Under the pieces are notes generated by a model. The model saw only the letters and a program-made list of their open reading frames with translations. It was not told the origin of the DNA and made no database searches. Source: Hormiphora californensis (Eukaryota; Animalia; Ctenophora). From it: a DNA stretch of 64,000 nucleotides. The stretch is taken from positions 9,300,001 to 9,364,000 of the forward strand of contig CM035351.1 of the NCBI GenBank assembly GCA_020137815.1. Direction: 5' to 3'. Both the position numbers and the translations under genes were made by a program. Positions 22,838-34,537 of this stretch are shown here, piece after piece (position 1 is the first letter of the stretch; each line of letters opens with the position of its first letter).

Positions 22838-23489
22838 CGCGCGGCGCAGCGTACGCGCATATAGGTTTGCAGCGATTAAAGCTATTTACTTGGCGCGGCT
22901 CCAAAATGAATGTAACGCGCGGCACCAAATTTGAATTTTCTTACGCGACTTGTTCAGAAACTTTTTCCGAAAAAAATCGAAAAAGTTTTTCGATTTTTTT
23001 TCTTGATTTCCGCCTTTCGGCTTTCCTGAAAAAGCGCTGCCTTATCGGGGGTATGTGGCATGTGCTATTTCTGTCTATAAGCTCTGTTTGCTCACGCCTC
23101 ACCACTGACTGGGGCGTGGGCCTCACCACTGACACCACCACTGGCGGCTGGCCTCACCACTGACTGGGCCCGGGCCCCAACCCATAAGACGAGATGCCTG
23201 ATGCCATCAGGCTGAATTAAACTTACCAGAAAAATCCACAATCGATCCCTGTTACTCATACAAATTACAAACATTGAAGTCTGGCAATGCAGCTCGATCT
23301 TACGGCCTCCCTTGTCCGTTCGGGAGATCTCCTGGGTTGCCTAGCTAGATCATGTTTCGCACAAATGTAAAGGGAGGGCTAGAACATAACAACTCCTGGG
23401 GACTTGCATATAAGAACAAAGCTGGTAGCAGGGCTCTTGTAGGTAAGTCGCGTGAGCCGTTGTCAAAATCTATCAGGATCACACCACCT

Positions 23490-23643
23490 AAAGTCCATTT
23501 TTATTCAACTGTTCACCCTCCAACTCGTGCGCGTGCGATATTTTAATTCACGCTGTGCGCGCTACACGTTAACATGTGATAAACGCACAAAACAATTCCG
23601 CGCACGACTTTGGGGGGTGAACAGTTGAAAAAAAATGGAGTAT
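23490..23643. mobile_element. ~155-bp MITE, copy 2
   Basis: Near-identical to 22580-22735. Confidence 0.8.
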
Positions 23644-23837
23644 ATCTCTTCTTTAAGAACTACAGTGATATTATGAATACACAATGGAAATGTTGTATTG
23701 TTTTCTCACATTCAAATGGTTTATAAAATCAACTCCTGGGCACTAATAACATGCGCCACAATTTGTGAAAGTTTAGATGGAAGAAAATGATAAGATTAGC
23801 AACGAAGGTGCCGAGTTCAAACAATCACCAATCGATA

Positions 23838-25199
23838 ATGACCCTCTGTGTTGCTCCATTTGTGGACTGCGCCCCTGGGGACAATAGCAACCTATTCGGC
23901 CTTGGCTACAATGGCATCCGTTTGAAGATCATTGGAAACAATTTGCAAAGACTGCTTCTACAGGCATTAAAATCATTTGGAAATTACATTTGTTCTGATC
24001 ATTTCAGTCGGGAAGCATACTCCTGGGTTAAAAAAGTTAACGTTAAAAAAGAACGCTTTTCCTGATCCTAAACTTTTGCGAGCTGGAGCCCTCTCCAGTG
24101 GCAACAGACAAGATAAAGAAGATAGGAAACTAACAAGTGCATCCGAGCCTGATAAGGTGGTTCAGGAACCCCCGAGTAAGAGACCAGAAACTGAAGGAAC
24201 CTTTGCAGAGGAAGGAACCCACTAAAACTCCTAAACAGATCATTGATTTAGAACAACCAACCAATGCATGAAAACTATGATTCCCCTTCTTCATCGACTG
24301 TGGACTGGGACGCTATTGAGCTTAACATTGTGGAAGAGCATGAAACAGGTTCTAATGAAACAGAAAACAGTGTTTACATTCGATCGAGTATGTTTTTGGT
24401 GGATGGTAAATACCGATGGGACTGTCCACTCTGTCTAGTAGCACGCTTCAAAAATAGATTGCCACTGGTGAGGCATTTGACTAAGGCCCATGGGACGGAT
24501 GGGATATGTAGAATATGTGGTAATTCATACACCAGTCTAACCGTAATGATGGAACATATGTTCTTGGATCACACAGGATGACGTCATGAAGTGTTGTGGG
24601 GTAACATATTATACACCAATCGAGTTGTCAGATACACATTTCCACACGCCACTATGACTCTTCGCAGGGGAACAAAATGGTGGAATGTTTAAGAAGGGAT
24701 AGAATGGTGTGTCGTTTGTCAGCTGTGTTCAACTGGCTTCACCTATCGGACTAACCTATACCAGCATCTCCGTTTTGTTCACGATATCGCTGTTGAAGAT
24801 GTCTTCAAGGTGGCCATCGCTTTCAATATGCTACACTACCAACAGGTATATTCCTGTACACAATGCCCTAAGGTGAGTCCAACTAAGTTCCAGCACAGAC
24901 AAGATGCATGTTCGCGGTTCAAAGACAACTATGGCCTTTACACCTCATTCTGTCAAATGTGTCCCCGTGGACATAACAACGGGAAGACCAGGCTGTTTGA
25001 GATACCTCATGTTTTCTCTATGAAACACAGACCTTACTTTGAGTTGCCCCCAGTAGTGTATATTGGAACCTACTTGGACCACAAACAAACAAAGACTTGT
25101 GTTTGCTCTTTCATTGGAGGACAGATGGTGGAGCGTACTTCACTTGAAATGCTTCCTTTCCAGGGTGTAATGACACCTTTAAAAGGATTTCAAATCTAA
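23838..25199 (+). CDS. THAP-domain plus C2H2 zinc-finger protein (frameshifted in this assembly)
   Basis: MTLCV...YICSDHF...LKKNAFP (THAP); CPLC...HLTKAH, CRICG...HMFLDH, CQLC...YQHLRFVH. Confidence 0.65.
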
Positions 25200-25465
25200 C
25201 TAAAACACTATATTGCCACTCACTGCAACAGGCAGTGCACTGATATTAGGATTGAGTGTCATCTGCAGAATAAGGGATATACCATACTGAGTCTTGACGA
25301 CGGTTCTTGAAGTTATTGAGCGATAACATTTTGTATTATGATATTTGTGCTATTTATCTATACGATGTGTTATAATTTATTACTCCGTATCTAACTTGTT
25401 TCGACCTGCTGCTTCCTCTGAATATAATTCCAACTTCACATTTTACTCATTTCAATATATAGGCC

Positions 25466-26457
25466 ATGAACCATTTCCCTAAAGTAGCCCACCCTACTTT
25501 GCGATCCTGGTGGAACAGCCAATGTAGAGTTACCTGCAAAGATTTAATGCTCCCAATCTTTGTCATTCCCGGGGGAGAGTGTCAGCCGATTGAGAGCATG
25601 AAAGGAGTCCAGAGGATTGGAGTTGAACTTCTGGCGAGTTTCCTGACACCACTTGTTGAAGCTTGGTCTGAGCTCCGTCCTTCTATTTGGTGTAGTGGAG
25701 GAGGGAGAGAAAGATGAACAAGCGTCAGCAGCAGATTCTGAAACCTCGCCTGTAATTGCAGCAGTGCGACTGATAAAGGAAAGTTTCCCCTGAAGTTCTA
25801 GTCGCATGTGATGTGTGTATGTGTGACTATTCATCCAATGGACACTGCGGTTATACTGACCATAACGGACAGATACAACTGGAGGCCTCAGTAGCCAAGA
25901 TTGCAGATATGAGTGTAAACTATGCCAAGGCTGGGGCGGACGTTGTAGCACCGTCCGATATGATGGATAACAGAATTGCTGCCATTAAATCTGCCCTTCG
26001 TCAGGAGGGTCTCACATCCACTGCTGTTATGAGCTATAGCACCAAGTATGCTTCCTCTATGTATGGTCCCTTCCGTGATGCATGTCAGTCTGCCCCAAAG
26101 TTCGGTGACAGAAAGTGCTATCAACTGCCCCCGGGAGGTGCTGGATTGGGTTGTCTAACTGCAGATAGAGATGTAGAGGAGGGAGCTGATATACTGATGG
26201 TGAAACCAGGCCAGTTTTATCTAGATGTGGTTAGAAGGGTTAAAGATACCCATCCTAACTATCTGCTGGCCGTTTACCAGGTATCTGGGGAGTATGTGAT
26301 GGTCAGGAACTATGCTGAATCTTCTGGGAAGTACGAGCAAGTTGTTATTGAGTCGGTTTGCAGTTTAAAAAGAGCGGGGGCTGATATTATTATCAGCTAT
26401 TTCACTCCAGAGCTATTGGAAATGATGAGCAGGGAGAATGGTGTGCTGAGTCTTTAA
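25466..26457 (+). CDS. ALAD: Delta-aminolevulinic acid dehydratase (porphobilinogen synthase), intronless, two apparent frameshifts
   Basis: HPTLRSW, DVCMCDYSSNGHCG, GADVVAPSDMMDNRI, SSMYGPFRDA, DVEEGADILMVKPG, AVYQVSGEY. Confidence 0.95.
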
Positions 26458-26710
26458 TTTAATCTTTTTAGTTTTTGGGAAATGTTTTTAATAGAGTTTT
26501 ATCTCATTTTTACCCAAGTTGATGTGACAACTGTGATCTGTGTTGGTGTACATATAATAATTTGTTCAGATGAATAGACCACCGTTATCTTGCCATTACC
26601 TCAGTCCCATATCCCACCGGTGATTAACCAAATTGAGCTTGCTCAATTTGTGTGTAGATCGCCACTTGCCCATTTCCCACCTATTCTAATATTCCCACTT
26701 CCAATTAGAA

Positions 26711-27890
26711 ATGTCTGATTGGCAGTTTACGAGATTCCGACCCTACAACAACCACCGGGGTAGGGGAGGTAGGGGTGGCGGGTACAACAACAATAACAAT
26801 AACAAGCGACCTCGTATCATGGGGCCTAAGGGGGCAGAGCTGAGCAGATACAGAGACCAGCAATACAAGGTTAGTGACACCAAGTGATTTTCTTCTAACT
26901 CTGTTCTTAACAAGATAGACAATGATATAATGGTACTAAATCAAATAAATTGACAGAAGCTTTCGAGAACACTGTGTTTCACGTCTCTGTTCTCTTCTAA
27001 CTAATTATGACATTCTTTCCTAACCAGGGCAGCAAATACGAACAAGAGCAAAAACTGCTGAAAAGCACGACACTTTACGTTGGAAACCTATCCTTTTACA
27101 CGACCGGTAAGTTTTATCTTGCTCGACCTACCGATCCCTGTGACGGCAAATTTGTAAACAAGGGTATGAAAATAACAAGTTTAATCCTCCCTACAATTGT
27201 TGACCAGTCACCAAATAACGTTTTAAACCAAGTATATATCCCATCCCTTTCTAGAGGAACAGGTACATGAGGTGTTTAGGCAGGCAGGGGACATCAAGCG
27301 GATTATCATGGGTCTTGATCGGCTCAAGAAGACACCCTGTGGGTTCTGCTTTGTTGAATACTTCGATCGAGTGGACGCAGAAACTGCTATAAGGTATTAT
27401 TAATCAACGGTTTAACCCTTCAAGTCTCACTCCACCACCGTTTTTCACTGATCACACTTCCACTATACCTGTTCAGACTGGTTAACTCATCTCAAATCAA
27501 ATCACAAACTCCAATTGCAGGTTCCTGAACGGTGCGAAGCTGGATGACCGACAAATTAGGACTGATTGGGACTGGGGATTTGAGGATGGGAGACAGTACG
27601 GGAGAGGAAAGGGAGGTGGACAGGTATTTGCACCTTTTTTCATTATGTTTTCATGGCAAAATACAATTATATCACGTCCCCATCACGCCTGTTATTCCAC
27701 ATAGTAACTTATAATAGCACTCATTAACTCACTAACTCTCCCAATCCCCCCACAGATCAGGGACGACTACAGGCAGGACTTTGACGATGGTAGAGGCGGG
27801 TATGGACACCATATCCAGGAGTCTCTACTAGAGAGCGCTAATGCACACGCTATGCAGCTCCCTCCCTCCATGGATATGGACCGCAAGTAG
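26711..27890 (+). CDS. NCBP2: Nuclear cap-binding protein subunit 2 (CBP20), 5 exons
   Basis: [71 protein letters not shown]. Confidence 0.95.
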
Positions 27891-28157
27891 AGAGAGACAT
27901 GATAGAGACATGATAGAGACATTTATAAAGCAGTAAAGAGAGACACTGAGAGCGTTGCTCGTATCTTATTCTATCCCTGTTCTTACTTCAGTTTGTTTTA
28001 TCAACACTTGACCTTCGCTGATCACTCAGTATATAGAGTTTCACTCCCCACTTCCTCTCTCCTCCCCCTCTAACCCCCACCCCTAACATCTCCTCCCCTT
28101 CCCTAATAAACCCTATATTTACCTAAATAACCCCATATTTCTCCGTTTTCTAGCAAA

Positions 28158-28481
28158 ATGTCCGAAGAATGTTCAACAGATTTCATTATCTTAGATGAGC
28201 TGCCAGTCTCTCCTCCTCGTATCAGCTACCACTACCCCTGTCTATACTGCAGTGAGAAGTTCTTATCTGCAGCCCAGCTATCTGATCACGTGACTACTAG
28301 ACATGCCCTGGAATGTGCCTTCTGCGAGGGGGTCTACCGGACTATGGAGGTGTATTTCGAACATTTCAAGGCCGCCCACTCCAACCAGCCCCTTTTTTGT
28401 GAGTGTTGTTCTAGGACATTTCATCGGGGCAAGGAGTTCCTGGTTCATCTGGCGAAGAAGAGGAAGAAGAAGAATGGGTGA
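28158..28481 (+). CDS. Small protein with three C2H2 zinc fingers
   Basis: CLYC...HVTTRH, CAFC...HFKAAH, CECC...HL; basic C-terminal tail; acceptor-like TTTTCTAG before the ATG. Confidence 0.7.
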   Translation: MSEECSTDFIILDELPVSPPRISYHYPCLYCSEKFLSAAQLSDHVTTRHALECAFCEGVYRTMEVYFEHFKAAHSNQPLFCECCSRTFHRGKEFLVHLAKKRKKKNG

Positions 28482-28686
28482 CGGACTTGAGAAATTACAC
28501 TGCCAAGCTATCAAGATTTGAACTCGGGTACAGCACCGCGTCCCACAAATCTGTGCCACTCTGTCTGAGACTCTCCTGCTATTGCTAGTTAGTGCGCGCC
28601 TATTTTAGGGTGCTACAGTATTGTCAGCGGCGCGCCCCTCCTCTCTCACACACACACACACCAACCAAATCCCTTTTTACAGAGCC

Positions 28687-30349
28687 ATGGCTAGCAAGGT
28701 TAACCAAAAGAAGCAACACCGGAACATCATGAAGTGTTTGAAACATCTGGCGGATATCGTAGGACACACCTGCACTCCCTCTACCCTCCCAACCCCTGTG
28801 GTACTGCTGGGTAATGCGGGGCATGCTAATAGTATTGGAGCGAGTGATGTGAGAGAGTTAGTTGGAGGGTCCTTCCCATCTTCCTACCGGCTCTACTTCC
28901 CTCCCAACAAACAGTTCTCTCTCCTGTTTCACTCCTCAACCTGTACCCACTCTAGTCGGGGATATAAACCTACAGAAAATCAAGGAAGTCACCCTGTATT
29001 GTTGCTACGTTACAGAGCAGTGTAACTATGGAGACGGTAGCTGCATCTCTCCGTCCCCCAGGTCTCCACATTCATCCTGATGTTGTGACAGTTGAACAAG
29101 AGCAACAAATGATCCAGTTCTTCCTCGATTCTGCGGCTGGAACCACCCAAGAAGATCTGAAACACCGGAAAACACTACATTATGGATACCAGTTTAACTA
29201 CAAAACCAACTCTGTTGATTTGGATTCACCCCTATCTGAGGGGTTCCCTGAATGTGTCAGGGAATGTCATGGAGGGGATTAGAAAACTGATAAATATAGA
29301 CCCGGACCAGTGTACAGTTAACATATACCAGCCAGGTCAGGGGATACCTAAACACGTTGATACCCATTCCATCTTCACTCAGGAGATCCTATCTCTCTCC
29401 CTGGGGTCTGGATGTTGTTATGGAGTTCAGACACCCTATATCTGGTACAGTTGTACCCGTCCACCTCCCAGCCCGGTCCCTAACTGTCATGTCTGGGGAG
29501 AGTCGGTATCTATGGCAACATGGCATCACGCCAAGAAAACAGGATGTCAGTGAGGAGGGTGATGTCATATCACGGGGTATCAGAGTGTCCCTGACCCTCA
29601 GACAGTGTACTACTGAGCCCTGTAGGTGTGTATACCCCTCTCAGTGTGACTCACAGAACTATGGGAAACCAAGGTTTAGTGTGGCTAGTGAGGCAGATGC
29701 TGCTAAGATTGAGGGGGAGTTTGTTAGTGATGTATACGAAGAGATAGCGGACCACTTCTCCCATACCCGACATTCCCCCTGGCCTGGTGTTGTGGACTTT
29801 CTAAACTCCCTCCCCTCCCGGTCACTAGTCTTGGATGTGGGGTGTGGTAATGGGAAGTATCTGGGAGTAAGGGAGGATGTTCTGGTTATTGGAAATGATA
29901 ACAGTGCTAACTTGCTATCGATATGTCGGGAAAGAGGGCACGAGACATTTGCTTGCAATGCCCTCTCCCTCCCTGTCCGGGGTGGGTTGTGTGATGGGGT
30001 GATCTGTATTGCCATGCTTCACCACCTCTCAACCAGAGACAGGAGGATCAGATGTCTGGGTAATCTGGCATCCCTTCTCCGCCCCGGTGGGAGGTGTCTG
30101 GTGACTGTGTGGGCTCAGGAGCAGCACCTAGACGACGGGGAGGTAGGACGGAGGGAGTTTGCCGCCCAGGATGTCTTTGTGGATTGGCAAAAGAAGCAGA
30201 ATGCAGCGGAGGCTGAGTTGTTTTACCGATATTATCATGTTTTTAGAGAGGGAGAGTTAGAGGACTTGGTGAGGGAGGTGAAGGGAGTGGAAGTGGAGAG
30301 AGTGACTTATGAAAAAGCGAACTGGTGTTGTGTCTTTAGAAGAGCTTAA
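28687..30349 (+). CDS. ALKBH8: tRNA wobble-uridine methyltransferase/dioxygenase ALKBH8, intronless, frameshifted
   Basis: [85 protein letters not shown]. Confidence 0.93.
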
Positions 30350-30446
30350 CTTATTAGCTTTTAGAAAAACTTAATTTATTATCTTAATTTTATCTGTATA
30401 CTTTTAATGGGTTATTGGAATTTTTTAGCTCTCCCCAAATGGCATT

Positions 30447-31767
30447 ATGGCACTAAGTCGAGTGGTATACCAGGTGGCGAGGACTGGACAATGTTGTTGT
30501 GTATCCCACATCCACACTACCCCATCATCTCCTGGACAATGGGATGATATAGTTGGTAAACTGAAACGAACCACTGACCGATATACACGGACCGCTAAAC
30601 AGAGTTGGAACAATGAGAGAGTGAAGTTTGAGAGGATAAAGCGGGAGAGAACTGGGTACTCGCCACAGCGGTCAACTGCTCTTGGTTTCCTGGACAGGTT
30701 CCCAACCATCTCAGAGTTCAATGGATACTTTGATCGTGGTCTCTGGTGGCTTCCCACTGGGGGTGATCTAATGAGGCGTGCCCCTGAGAATGTTAAACCA
30801 TATCTTCAGCTCAGTAGGGTTGATAAACCTATTGGATCCTGGCTGTTATTTCTCCCTGGAGCATGGGGTATTACCATGGCGTCCTCTCACTTTTCAATAC
30901 CTCATATTCCCCTACTAGCTGCCTTCGGAGTGGGTAAGAAATGCGTTTAATGAGGTTTTCAGTTCTTTTCACTGGGTGTATTTTCCTCCTGGATGACCTA
31001 TAATTGTGATTTCCACCACCCACCAGTAACAACTAACCCCCCCCCCCGCCCTCTCAGGTGCAATTATGATGCGAGGTGCGGGTTGTACAGTTAACGATAT
31101 ATGGGATATCGATATTGATAAGAGAGTGGCCCGGACACGAGACCGACCCCTAGCCAGTAATACCCTATCTAAACAAGACGCAATCAACTGGTTAATTATC
31201 CAACTTGCCTGCTCTTCTCTCATCCTATTCTCCCTCAACAAACCCACTATTGCAGTGGGTATTGCCTCCCTCGGTCTGGTGGCTATATACCCCAAGATGA
31301 AACTACTAACTGACTACCCCCAAGTGGTCCTTGGCTTCACGTTCAATATGGGAGCCATAATGGGGTATTCAGCCTACACAGGCAATATCCTGGCTGTTAC
31401 CCCTCTGGCTCTGTACAGTGCTGGTATTTGTTGGACGATGGTGTATGATACTGTGTATGCCCACCAGGACAAGTTAGATGACAGGAAGGTGGGGGTCCGG
31501 TCCACCGCTCTGAGGTTTGGAAACCAAACTAAACCCATTCTCAGTAGGTTTGTTAACGGGTTCGGGTGGTCCCTGTTTATAGCAGGTGTAGCTGCTGGGA
31601 TGGGTCCCACCTACTACCTAGCTACCTTCATGTCCTCGTGTATGTTAATGAGAGGGCTGCAACTGGTGGATCTTGATAGACCTCATAGTTGTTGGGAGTT
31701 CTTTATCATGAACAAGAATATTGGCATGCTGATCTGGTTGGGTGCTATCATTGGAAACTTTTTGTAA
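30447..31767 (+). CDS. COQ2: 4-hydroxybenzoate polyprenyltransferase, 2 exons
   Basis: PYLQLSRVDKPIGSWLL, MRGAGCTVNDIWDIDIDKRVARTRDRPLAS, YDTVYAHQDKLDDRKVGVRSTAL. Confidence 0.95.
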
Positions 31768-31879
31768 TATTTGTAGTTTTAATTTGATCTGGTTTTGATA
31801 GAATCTTTGTTTTTCTCCCCCCGAAAAATCCCTGTTACCCAGCTTATCCCTAACCCCTCCCTAACCCACCATCTATGTC

Positions 31880-32027
31880 CTATAACCCAGCTGTGTGATC
31901 TAACCCACCTATCCTCTAGCTAGTGTGTGATATGATCTAACCCATCCCTACATCCCATTATAGCTAGTGTGTAATATAATGATCTAACCCATCCCTCCAT
32001 CCCGTTATAGCTAGTGTGTGATATGAT
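31880..32027. repeat. 3-4 diverged ~44-bp copies of branch point + acceptor + start codon of DDX27
   Basis: CTAACCCATCCCT...TTATAG|CTAGTGTGTGATATGAT repeated. Confidence 0.75.
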
Positions 32028-34306
32028 CCTGTTGGACACTATAGAGGATGGTCAGGAGGTCCCCGACCTGGAGGAGGGGAGTAGCTGACGAGGAGGAACT
32101 CAAAGCAGCCACCTCCAACAAGAACAAGAAGACCAAGGAGAAGGTGAAGTCCCTGCCCAAGAAGGCCAAGAAACAGAGCGAGTTCGCCACTGATTTCTCC
32201 TGGGAGGAGCAGACTAACCTGGAGGTTGAGGAGGAGCGGATTCGAGGAGAAGATGAAGGCTATGAGTAAGGGTAAAATGAGGTTGCATTATGAGGGTACA
32301 TCTGCTAAACTGGCGGAGATGGCTGAAGGTAGTTGAGGCACCTGAGATGTCAGATGAAGAGGCGGAACCTCTGGGAGCTGGAGAGGAGAAAGAAGAGGGA
32401 GGTGAGGAGGTGACTGCTGAGAAGGAGGAAGGAAAGGCTTCCAAGTTCTTTACCGAGGCACCTGAACAAGACATGAACATCAAGTTCTCAGAAATGAACA
32501 TCTCAAGGCCGCTACTGAAGAACGTTACAGCGCTAGGGTTTGCCCATCCTACCCCAATACAGGCCTCTGCTATACCCCTAGCTCTGCTTGGGAAGGATAT
32601 ATGTGCGTGTGCCGTGACAGGGTCTGGTAAAACAGCTGCTTATGTCCTACCCATACTGGAGAGGCTACTTTACAAACCTAAAAACTCGGCCTGCTCTCGA
32701 GTTCTAATTCTTGTGCCCACCAGAGAACTGGGAATGCAGGTAATAGTGACCCCCAGGCACCATGATAACTCTCCCCATTACTCGCTTTATTGTTAGGTCT
32801 TACTAAGATATTCTCAGATCCATCTCAGATTAACACGCGTTTCTAACACATATCTACCCCCCCCTCTTCTAACACATCTACCCCCCCCCCAGGTTGGTTC
32901 AGTGATCAGTAAACTCTCCTCTGGTCTCTCCATCAACATGTGTCTGTGTGTGGGTGGAACTGACATCAAAACCCAGGAATCAAATGTCCGGGCATCTCCT
33001 GACATCCTGGTAGCCACCCCTGGTCGTCTAATTGACCTCCTTTACAACACCCCCACCTTCACTCTCGATACCATCGAGATATTCGTGATAGATGAGGCTG
33101 ACAGGTGTCTGGATGAGAACTTCAAGGATCAACTGAACGAGATTGTCAAGATGTGCAGTCCAGGGAGGACAGTCAATGTTGTTCTCTGCCACCATGACGG
33201 ATGAAGTTAAGGAGCTGATATCCCTCTCCCTAAACCAGCCAATCAAGTTGTTCATCAACCGGAACACAGAGGTAGCATCAGGGTTAACACAAGAGTTTAT
33301 CAGGAATCAGGAACACCCAGGAGAGCCACAGGATAGCAATAATCTCTGCCCTGGTGTGCAGGACCTTCAACGAACATGTCATGATCTTTGTACCTACTAA
33401 GAAGTTAGCACACGAGTTGAGGATTGTGTTGGGTCTACTAAAGATCAATGTAGATGAGCTGCACGGTAACCTGACAATGGCCCAGAGAGTTGAGGCTCTG
33501 TCTCTGTTCAAACAGCACAAGACAGATGTGCTAGTTGCCACTGATCTAGCCTCCAGAGGGCTGGATATAGACGGTGTAAAGACGGTGAATCAACTATAGT
33601 ATACCCAATAACGTGAAGCACTACTGTACATCGTGTGGGTAGGACGGCCAGGGCTGGCAAGTTTGGACGGTCAGTCACCCTGGCTGGGGAACAAGAGAGG
33701 AAACTAATGAAGGATATTGTGAAACAGTCTAAAGGTCCTGTTAAAAGTAGAGGTCATCCCCCCTGAGATAGTCACCAAGTATGTCCAGATCTGTACCGGG
33801 CTAAAGGACACCGTGTCTGGGTTCCTGAAGCAGGAGTCTGAGGACAAGGCGTGCAGGATAGCCAACATGGAGCTGAATAAGGCCCAGAATATGATAACTC
33901 ATGAAGAGGAGATATTCAGTAGACCAGCCAGGTCGTTCATGCAGAAGGATGGCACCAAGGCTAAGGTGAAACCCAAGAAGAAGAAGAAGAAGCTGGAGGG
34001 AGAGGAGTTTGAGATGATGAAAGAGAGGGACTATATCAAACGAGATGCCAGGAGAGCTGCTAGACCCAAGAAGATATTGTCTGTAGTTGAGGATGACCAT
34101 AAGAAGAAGAAGGCGAAGAAGAGGAAGGGAGGGTTTACAGAGGATCTGACCCAGACCAAGAAGGCTAAACGAGAGCCCAAGGAGAAGAAGGATAGTAAAG
34201 TCTTCAGGGAGTTCAGGAACCGTACAGAGAGAAGAAGATGAGGAAGTCAGGGAAACCAAGTGCCGGGAGTTTCAAATCTAAGAAGAAATTCAAGAGGAGA
34301 AAGTGA
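32023..34306 (+). CDS. DDX27: DEAD-box RNA helicase DDX27/DRS1, frameshifted; intron at about 32741-32892
   Basis: PTPIQASAIPLALLGKDICACAVTGSGKTAA, ILVPTREL, DEADR, MLFSATMT, ATDLASRGLDI, HRVGRTARAG; C-terminal SFKSKKKFKRRK. Confidence 0.92.
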
Positions 34307-34537
34307 GATCTTTTTAAACTGTTTTTAACGAAGACTGTCTAACTTATTAAACTACCAACAGTGATCAGTTATTTATTGACAAAGGGTTTATGGTGGCTTG
34401 CATTTTTTATGGTGGCTACCACCTGTTTTACATTTAGTGTTTTCTTGATCTCCTTTGACCTTATATCAATCAATTCCCTCCCTTGACCCTTCCCATACTT
34501 GTCGACCCTTTTAAAACTCCCCTCTCTCCCATATAGC

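Noticed and set aside
25466-34306. Frameshifts in ALAD, ALKBH8 and DDX27 (also ENOSF1, TSG101, GLTP and the GPCR) as pseudogenisation, programmed frameshifting or RNA editing
   Set aside because: Small indels scattered across many essential genes with otherwise conserved sequence are best explained by unpolished assembly errors
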